DNA of 64,000 nt from Ginglymostoma cirratum (Eukaryota), in assembly GCA_024137785.1 (NCBI GenBank), contig JAHRHZ010000051.1:7727219-7791218 (forward strand). The letters run 5' to 3'. Below the pieces are notes generated by a model. It saw only the letters and a program-made list of their open reading frames with translations. It was not told where the DNA came from and ran no database searches. Shown here one piece after another: positions 54,485 to 64,000 of the stretch (position 1 is its first letter; each line of letters starts with the position of its first letter). A program made the translations under genes and the position numbers.

Positions 54485-55820
54485 GTGACCATCTTGATGA
54501 GGGCAGACAGGTTGATGTTGTCTACGTGGACTTTAGCAAAGTCTTACACACGGTTCCGTATGGTACACTGGTTAGTAAAGTTAGATCACATGGGATCCAT
54601 GGAGAGCTAGCCAATTGGATACGAAGTTGGCTTAACCGCAGGAGACAGAAGGTGGTGGTGTAGGGTGGTGCAGTGTTCTGCAGGGATCAGTGCTACGTCC
54701 ACTGTTCTTTGTCATTTATAGAAATGACTTGGATGAGAATACAGGAAGCATGGTTAGTGAGTTTGCGGATGACACCAAAATTGGTAGTACAAATGGACAC
54801 CAAAGAAAGTTATCTAAAGTACACCGAGATCTTGATCAATTGGGACAATGGGCCAAGGAGTGGCAGATGAGTTTAATTTAAATAAATTCAAGGTATTGCA
54901 TTTTGATGACAAACCAGAGCAGGACTTACACAGTTAATGGTAGGCCCTGGGAGATTTTGTAAAGCAAAGAGACCCAGAGGGGGTTCAAGTACATAGTCCC
55001 TTGAAAGTGGCATCACAGGTAGACAGGGTGGTGAAGAAGGCATTTGGCACACTTGCCTTCATTGGTCAGATCACTGAGTATAGGAGTTGGGACATCATGT
55101 TGTGGCTGTACAGGACATTGGTCAGGCTACTATTGGAGTACTGTGTACAATTCTGGTTGTCCAGTTACAGGAAGGGTATTATTAAATTGGAAAGAGTGCA
55201 GAAAAGCTTTACAAAGGAGGTTAGTGGGACTGGAGAGTTTGAGTTATCAAAAAAAGGGGCTGGGTAGGCTGGGACATAGGTTAGGAGTGTAGGATTATGT
55301 GCAGGTGCTGGTGTTGGGCTGGGGTGGACAAAGTCTGAAGTCACATGACACCAGGTTATAGTCTAACAGGTTTATTTTAAAACAAGTTTTTGGAGCACAG
55401 CTCCTTCATCAGGTGCAGTGTAGCAGGTTGAGGGGTGACCTTATACAGGTTTATAAACTCATGAAGGACATGGTTAAACTGAATAGCAATGGTCTTTTTC
55501 ATAAAGTAAGGGAATTCAAAACTAGACAGCATAGTTTTAAAGGTGATAGGGGAAAGGTTTAAGAGGAACATGAGGTGAAACCTTTTCACACAAAGCGTGG
55601 TGCATATGTGGAATGAACTGACAGAGGATGTGGTAGATGCGAGTACAGTTACAACATTGAAAAGACATTTGGACAGGTATATAAATAGGAAAGGTTTAGA
55701 GCGATATGGGCCAAATACAGGCAAAATGAGACTAGTTTAGTTTGGGATACATGGTCAGCATGGATGAGCTGGACTGAAGGGTCTATTTCCTTGCTGTATG
55801 ACCCTATGCCTCTATGACCC
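54485..55820 (+). mobile_element. 5'-truncated CR1 (RT to tail), decayed
   Basis: VDVVYVDFSK, VSEFADDTKIG, KVASQVDRVVKKAFGTLAFI, LEYCVQFW; ctatgac tail. Confidence 0.92.
55293..55416 (-). mobile_element. Penelope pseudo-LTR of another family, nested in CR1, with mutated hammerhead
   Basis: Minus strand cacCTGATGA a GGAGC tgt GCTCC AAAA; 7-bp TSD agtgtag at 55286-55292 and 55417-55423. Confidence 0.75.
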
Positions 55821-56937
55821 TATCTATACCTGCTCCTGAAGATCCTAGTGACTATGCCTGACCAAATTGTAGTTGTACTAATAACTATCATGAAATAAAC
55901 AAACGTTCTTGTCTAAGAACAATGTCTCTTTTGTCAATACTCTATAGTAGCACATCCTCTACCACTAATCATTGGATAGGCCCAGGACAGAGCAAAGACA
56001 AAGGCAAATAGATGGCAGTGAGCTACCTCAAACAATCCTTACCCAGAACCACAAACTAATAGAAATAGCAAATACCACAATGGTATCAGAAGTGGTCATC
56101 TCGGAAAATAACATATAAGCTACTTTTAAGGGACCCGTTATTTTAATAGAAAGCCATAACATTAATGAAATAATGAAAACTGATACAATGAGCGATCTGA
56201 CTTGGGGAATCAGTCAAAAGGTTAACAGGAAATGACATGTGCAGCTAACCATGGTACTTAAGAAACCAATTAGAGACTGATCATGAACCATTCAAACCAA
56301 AGACTGATCGCAACACTTATCACCAATCTGGACTCTCAAAAGATTAATTACCACCAGCTTTCCATAGTTAACTAAAAGATAGTGCAACAGTAATTCAGAA
56401 ACATTAACACTGTTACTTGGTCCACAGATGCCACCAGATCTGCTAAGATTCTCCACCACTTTGTTTTATTTCAAATTTCCAGCACGTGTAGTATTTTGCT
56501 TTTATTATTAAACACTTAAGATGTCATTATCATAATGGAGCTTTTGGAGGCCCAAAATTGATGCCATTTTTGACATTATCTCAGCAAGAAGTGGTAGTTA
56601 AGCAGTTACCATGATGTTTTGCATCATGTCTGTCAACGAGGAATTGTGGCGCCTCTTTCAGGGTTAAGCAAGCAGTGCAGTGCTTAATGGTCTCACAGGA
56701 ATCACACTAATGCTTGACTCACTGAAAGCTGCCTGGTATTTTCACAGCTGCATGACTCAAAACGTACATCTAACCTGCAGTGCACAAGGTTTACAGAAAA
56801 CAGTAGATGCTTCAGCGTGATTATAAAACATTTTTTTCAGAGATTTAGAGGATCCAAGACTCTACTATAATGGATGGCAAGTCACTTGTAAACCCTCAAA
56901 CTCAGCGCAGGTCCAAACTCATTCCCCGATGTCAATT

Positions 56938-57480
56938 ATTGAATTGAATTGAATTGAATTGAATCATTTATCATCACATATTCAATGTAAAAATACAGTG
57001 AAAAGTGCGTGCCTTCACTATACATACATGGCACCATTCACATTAACATAAAATAAGATAAAAAGAAAGATGACTTAAGAGAGTCTAACTTTCCTTTCCA
57101 CTGCTGCAGTCCCACTCAAGGCTTTCCAGCCCTCGCCATGCATCCGCCAGGGTCCTGCTTAACAACCGTGTAGATGACGTTCATTAGGAATTTGGTAATG
57201 CAATCGTAGGTGTGCACGGAGTACAGTAGGGGGCTGAGGATGCATCCTTGGAGAGCTCCAGTGTTGAGTGTTATTGTGGAGGAGGTGAAGTTACTGATTG
57301 GTCAGAAAGCTGAGGATCCAGTTTCAGAGGGCAGAGCCAAGACCAAGGTCACAGAATTTTGAGATCAGTCTGGACGGGATGATGGTGGTGAAGGCAGAGC
57401 TGTAGTCAATGAGCAGGAATCTGACGTAGGTGTATTTGTTGTTCAGATATTCCAGGAATGAGTGAAGGCATAGGGATACC
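56938..57480 (-). mobile_element. Rex1/Babar LINE RT fragment with 3' tail and (TTCAA)n microsatellite
   Basis: TYVRFLLIDYSSAFTTIIPSRLISK and LNTGALQGCILSPLLYSVHTYDC; attga repeats at 56938-56964. Confidence 0.85.
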
Positions 57481-58912
57481 AGCAAATTCAAGTCCATTTT
57501 CTTTGAACTTTTTGTGCCATTTATGAACCATCTTTCTACTGTTAACAATAAGCATCAATAATATCCCTGATTGGAAATGATACGGTTGACTCCATGTACG
57601 CATTGTTCGTATAATTTCCAAAAATCATCAATGCACATTCTGTGACATTCTATTCATTGTGCAGCCTCAGGCTTGATCCGTTTAAGAACTGCTTGGAGAG
57701 AGCACAGAATTCGCTATAACCCACAAACTAACATTAATAATTTGTGATCTGTAAATGTCAGTTCTGATGATGTTAGATCAAACTGTCCCATTTGGCCCAC
57801 AGGCTTTTCCCACAGCTGTCTGTCAAACATATGGCTCAGTAGCATTCATGCATGTCTGAGCACAAAGGCTGCTGAAGAATGGGACACCTATTCACTTTGC
57901 TTTCTTCCTTAACATTTGCACCAGTGTGCCTGAACTATTGCAATTAACAAACTCAGCCAAGGCTGGGACTGAACCAGCAGCTTTCTTGATCTGGAATCTG
58001 TCATTCAGATCTCTTTTTGTCGATTGTTCACGTTCTTTTCTGTCCTATTATTTAGTTTTCCATGACTGCAGGCTGTTTGCAAGGCCCTACCAATGCTGCC
58101 AATATGCCACTAGGAGGTAATCCTGGGCAATTACGGGTGATTTTTCCCTGTTGATTTGATCTCTTTACTTTCAGTGGGGGGACCTGCAAACCACATGGCA
58201 CCATGCCTAAAGAAACAGTGGAAATCGGGAAAGTGCTTTGCTTGATTGAGAAGCAGCCTGTTTCTATCCTACGAGAAGAAGCACACAATTACGCTTCGCT
58301 TAATAATGTAGTTGAAATCCAGGATTAATCATAGTCAATGTTCATTCTAAAATGTTAATCTGAAGTAATACGAATATGGCAATCAACTAGCTATTCCTTT
58401 GAAAGAAATACTTAATCCACATTTTCTATATTGGAAGCAAAATACTTTTGATATCCTTCATTTATCACTGAAGTGGCATTTAAGAAAGAAATGCCTTTTA
58501 CTCAGCAGGAAACGTGAGGCAATGGGTACATGTTTCAGCTTTGTGAACTCTGATCTTTGCAAGAAGTGTGCTGTAAGATTGCGCTTCTTACTTTAGTACA
58601 GGAATATTATCGTTAATGGTGATAATTAGGCTCAAGTGATGAAATATTGTGATACTGAAATCAGTTCTAATTTGAATTCTAGAATAAGAACTTCCCAATT
58701 CCTAATTGCACGATGATTGATGATGGATGCTTACCGCACACCAAGTGACGTCAATAGTGATACTGTCAAATTAATGTTATTTGAGAAAAACTACAATGAC
58801 GTTATCCATGATGGTTTTTCAAAGAATAGACAACAAATCAATTCCAAAAAGCAAACTAATCTGGATACTGGAAATCTCAAATTAAAAACTAAATTCTGGA
58901 AAGACACTAATT

Positions 58913-61900
58913 TGAAGTAGCTCCACAGAGGCCAGTATTCTGTCACCAAGTCACCCTGTATTTGCAGGTGGAGAGCCCTTGATGCTGATCCAGCTTCCTC
59001 TGAACCAGCTCTAAGGCTGAACAGAATCTCTGACTCAGGGTTCCCAGATTAACAGCCACAATTGGGGATCTCACACTCTCAGGTCCACCTGGCTGACCTC
59101 ATTACAGTCACTACATCCCGCTGCCTCAGAGTCCCAGGATGTAGGCCTTTTTTTTTTGTTGTGCCTCCTCCTGGAGAGTTTTAGAACCCAGTCAGGCTCC
59201 TCCAACTCTGCCTCTGATGTAGGCAGCATGTAATGCACAGTAGCTCACCTCTTTCACCCACAGCATCTTGGAAGAAATGCATTCTCCTCTTCAGGTGGCA
59301 AAGGCATCGTTACGGTAACACTCTCTGTGTCCATGTCAGATTTCAAGATATCCTCAACACTTGATGCAGAGGGAGAACCCCTAGGTTCCAAAACAGTCAG
59401 AATGGCAACAAAGAACCAAGCACATTTGCTCCCGCACTGTTTGCAAGTTTGCAACTTTCATATGGTTCACGTGCTTGTACAGGACCATCACACCAACCCG
59501 AATTTTATACATCACTGGATCTGACCTCATATCAACTATGCCTCTTACCAACACAGGTCGTTCCCGTGGTTCCTACACCAAACTTCGTTCCTGGAAGTTA
59601 ACCGTCTCTCTTGCTTAGCAGAGTCTTGTGTCCAGCGTTGGTGATCCCGATGCCATTTCACCCACCCCGCTCAGGTCCAGGAAGATCAGATTCAACTAGG
59701 TACAAAGTCTTCTCCCCATTATCAACTCTGCTGGAGCTATTTTTGTAGTTGCATGAGGCGTGGTCCTATAATCAAATAGGAACTGGGACAGTTTAATTTC
59801 TAATGAATTTGTAGACTATTTCTTTATGGCCGCCTTCAAAGTTTGGACTGCTCTTTCTGTCAGACCATTGGATGATGGATGGTACGGAGCTGCCCGTGTG
59901 TGAAGAATACCATTCAACTATAGAAAATACTCAAAATTCCCTGCTGGTAAACAACGGCCCATTATCTGTGACGAATACTTCCAGGAGAATGCGTATTGCA
60001 AAAGTTGCATACAGTCTTTCTGTCCGTGTTTGACGAATGAGTTTTATCCACGTCCAGATACTTTGAGTGGGCGTCCTCAATGACTAATAACACTGAATCC
60101 ATAAAAAGGCCAGTCTAGTTGACATGTGACAGAGTCCAGGGTTTACCTAGGCATTCCACGAATGTGGGTGAGCTACTGGAGGTAATTGTTGACCTTGTTG
60201 GCACTGTTCCACCAACACAGCTATGTCAGCATCCAACCTTGGCCTCCAGGCATAACTTCCCACCATCTCCATTTTGGAAATACCTGGATGACCCTGGTGT
60301 TCAGCCAGTATCTCACGGTGACCTTTGTTCAGGGCAATCACTCTTGCTCCCCAAAATAATATGCCATCCTTGACCATGATCTGGTCTCTCTGGGTCCAAA
60401 ATGTTTTCAATTCTGGTTGTGACAGCCCTTTGGTTTCCCCCATCACCACCAAATGTTCCAGATTTGCCAGGACCGGATCTTTCTGCGGCTAATGTCTGAT
60501 ATTGTCTGGAAGTTTGTCCAGAAAATTTAAAACCATTACCACCACAAGAAGAGGCTGTACCACCATTGATGTATCTGCTGCAGGAAACAGCTCAATGCAT
60601 CCGCATTTGCTACTTGGCCTCCCAGACAATGTTCCAACTTGTAATTATATGCACTTAGTTTTAGAGCCCACTGCCAAATTCGGCCTGCATCTATGGGCAG
60701 CACTACCTTTTCCTCTGTAAGTACACCTAGGTGAGGTTTGTGGTCTGTTATTATTACAAATTTACATTAGTAAAGGATTTTGTGAAACTTTCTGACTCCA
60801 AATATGACCGCCAAAACTCCCCTCTCTATCTGGGCGTATTTATATTTTGCATTAGCCAAATGCCTAGATGCATATGCTATTGGGCATTCCTCTCCATTGG
60901 GCCACCATATTATTGAGCTAACGTCACTCAGATAAAGTACCGGAAGGCATTGCATGTCGATACCAGATCTCGCTTGGGATCAGTGTACCAACACCTTAGA
61001 GAATGAGAGCAGTTATTTCACCTCTTTGAAAGCTGCAACTTGGCTACGTGACCATTTCTAAGGCTGATTCTTTTTTTGAGAGTTGATGGAAAGATGTCAG
61101 TATAGAGGCCAGATTGTGTATGAACTATCCATAATAATTCACCAGTCCAAGGAATGACCTAAGCTCTGGTACAGATATGGGAGCTGAGGTACCCTTGGTT
61201 GCCCTCACTTCATCTTCCAACGGGTGTAACCTGGTCTTGTCAACTCTGTAGCCCAAGTAAGTCACTTGGGGTGCCTAGAACACACATTTATGCCTTCTAA
61301 GGAATTGCTTCTAAAGTTTACGCCCATCTGGGAGAAACTTCTAAGGACTATATCCACATTGTCTAGGTCCTCCTTATTGGTCTTCCCTGTTATTAGCATC
61401 TCATCTAGATAAATGGCGACCTGGGGTAGACCTTGTAAAATGTTCTTCAGCATCCACTGAAAAATTGTACAGGCTGATGTACCCCAAATATCTGTCTCAT
61501 ATATTGGTACAAATCCTCATGGGTATTAATTGTAGCATACTTCTGGGAATCCTCGTCTAACCACAATTACGAGTACTCATGCCTCATGTCCAGCTTCATG
61601 AAGTACAGCCCTGTCAGCTTTGCATATAAATCCTCTATGCGAGGAATTTGGAAATTATCCAGCTGCTAAAAGTGATTTACTGTCTGTTTAAAATCCCCAC
61701 AAAGGTGAACCAAGTCATCAGGCCTCACAATCGGTACAATCAGTGTTACCCATTATGCAAATTGAACTGGTTTGGTGATTTCTTCACTTTCCAGCCTTCA
61801 TATTTCTGCCTTTTCTTTTGCTGTAATGTAAATGGCACTGGGCAGGCCTTGCAGAATCACGGAATTGCTTCCTGGTCACCATGCAAGGTGGTCTTGGCTC

Positions 61901-62855
61901 CTTTGATAGTCCCTTGACCTTCCTGAAAAACCATCTCGGCATTTAATTAGGGCTTCATTTAGGTAGCCATTTTCTAAATCAAAAAATGTTGAGCCAATCT
62001 AAACAAATCTTCCTCAACCAATTTTGCCCGAACCTTTTACTTTCGTCACTGATAACTGAACCAACTGCTTCTCATGAGAGACTGGAACTGAAGTTGTACC
62101 CTTAATCTGTAAAGGCTCCCTGGTATAGGTTCTCAGTCTAGACGAGGTCTTGCGCAAACTTAAGAGTTGGAGTCCACAGTAAATTTCATTAACGACTAGT
62201 TCTGCAATCACTGAAAAAGCTGCGCCAGTAGCAACCTCCATTAGAACCAGGTGGCCATTTAACCAGACGTTTATTTTGATTGGTTCTGATTTGGATGTTG
62301 CTAAGCAATTTAACTGATCCAAACCAGATGTGGGTGGTTCTTCCATGGTGTGCATTCTCCTGGGAACCGGTTAGGAGTTCTCTTACTCCATTGAGGTCTA
62401 CTGGGACCCTTTTGCTGTCTCGAGTTCGCACAACAGCAACAATGACAATGGCTTGCTGGCCTGGATCCCGAATAAAATTTTAACACTTTGGCTGAGGCTT
62501 GGTTTTGTTTTAGGATTTTGCTGTGGGCAGACCTAGAATTCATCTATTCAGGATATGTCCTGAGTGAGGCTCTGCAATTGCCTTCACTCGAGTGGAGTCC
62601 CACTCTTGTCACCACTGAAATAAACTCCAGAGAGGTCAGCATCCAGACACCAAGTCACCCTTCATTTACACGTGGAGATTCCTTGACACTGATCCAGCTT
62701 CCTCACTGAGCCAGCTCTGAGTGAACAGAACCCCTGACACTCCTATTTATATCTGTCAGCCAGGGTTCCCTGATTGGTCCAGATCAACAGCCCCAATCAG
62801 AGAACTCAAATTCTATGAGATCAGCCTGGTTGACCTTGTTACAACCACCTATACA
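58913..62855 (-). mobile_element. Two-LTR Ty3/Gypsy retrotransposon, decayed, gag largely missing
   Basis: Related LTRs at 62616-62855 (5') and 58913-59115 (3'); PBS-like TGGTGACAA at 62606-62614. Domain order PR (LMEVATGAAFSVI), RT (VAIYLDEMLITG), RH (PIAYASR..YAQIERGVLAVIFGVRKFH), IN (HQGHPG...C). Confidence 0.92.
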
Positions 62856-64000
62856 AAACATCTGTGAAAAGAAAAACACAGTTAACAGTTCAGTTCATTG
62901 AATTCTCATTTGTCAGGAGGCGCACATTATTCTCTTTCAAAAAGAAAGACAAAATTGATCTGACCCCAGGGGACACTGTCGGTTGCACCCTGGCTGATTT
63001 CTCCTTCCAGCAGCTGGGACTTCCCTGCAGTTCCCTTTCCAAAATCATACACAACCTTTTCAAAAATTCACCTTCTCTGGCCAAGCTCAAAATTAATAAA
63101 ATGGTTATATGTATACAGTGTCTCAAGCATCACATGATATGACAAATATTTCTCATGCAACAGAATTTGCCTTAGGGCTCCAGGTACTTGACTGGACTGA
63201 TAAGACAGGATCTTTTCCAGAAAAATGAACTGGGAAGCTCTTGTCTTTCAGCAGGCTTCTCCCTAACTACTTCAAACAATATCCAAAGCAGACACTGGCA
63301 CCTGACAGACATAAACGCAGGGGTTCTCCAATAAACAAGCAGTTATTGCAAGACATGTGACTACCAAGAAACGACTTGTCAAAAAATGCTTTTGTCCTTC
63401 CATTGAGATCATAAAACAAAAACAATCCAGATATCAACAATTGTTTACAATGCTTTCACAGTTTGTGAGAGATGGTTGTTGAGTGCTCCGAGTGCTGACC
63501 TTGTCTTGTAGATAGACTTTCTTTCTTCTGTTGCTCAGAACATTAGCTGCCTGGTCATCTCGACAGCTGAGTTCTGCTCACATTAGACAGGCTTTCAGTC
63601 CCCTTAAATATCACCCCATCCTCCATTCGGCAGGACGCAGCAACACATCAAGAAATAACATGTATTAGCAATAATTTAGACCTCCCCATCCCCAAGGACT
63701 TTGAAGATTACCAGCTGGTCACATGGTTCTCAAAACCCCATGTAGCCACAAATTGAGAACCTGTAATTCCATAGCCAGAATGGAAGCTAAAGGAAAATTT
63801 GGGGAGAAAACACTCTCCCAAAGAAACATATTGACTCTGACCTAATATCTCAACAGCCAGGTTTCAGTCTCCTCTGGAACATGTGGACAAGCCTCAGCAG
63901 AATACAGGCTGCAATTGGCTGTTGTGGTCACCGGATGTACAATAACATCTTAAAGTTTCAGCTGGCTGCAAGCGTGGAAACCCTAACTAAACCATCTTGC

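Overview
Vertebrate, repeat-rich genomic DNA. The repeat families (HE1/V-SINE, Deu-domain SINEs, CR1 LINEs, Penelope pseudo-LTRs) point to a cartilaginous fish, probably a shark. The whole window appears to lie inside one minus-strand gene of the CCDC102A/B coiled-coil family. Two consecutive coding exons are recognisable (49605-49713 and 13409-13525), separated by a ~36 kb phase-0 intron. The rest is intronic and packed with decayed transposons: CR1 and Rex/Babar LINEs, two Gypsy LTR elements, solo LTRs, hAT and PIF/Harbinger DNA transposons, SINEs, and many Penelope-like fragments carrying minimal type-I hammerhead ribozyme motifs. Nearly all ORFs in the supplied track are spurious or TE remnants. 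Best leads: (1) a 12-nt stop-containing candidate poison microexon with strong splice signals ~650 nt upstream of the 117-nt exon; (2) a dense set of Penelope hammerhead motifs, including a tandem pair and a core-intact copy in the host-sense orientation; (3) several TE-free, CNE-like intronic blocks. TE boundaries are approximate unless TSDs or TIRs are cited.
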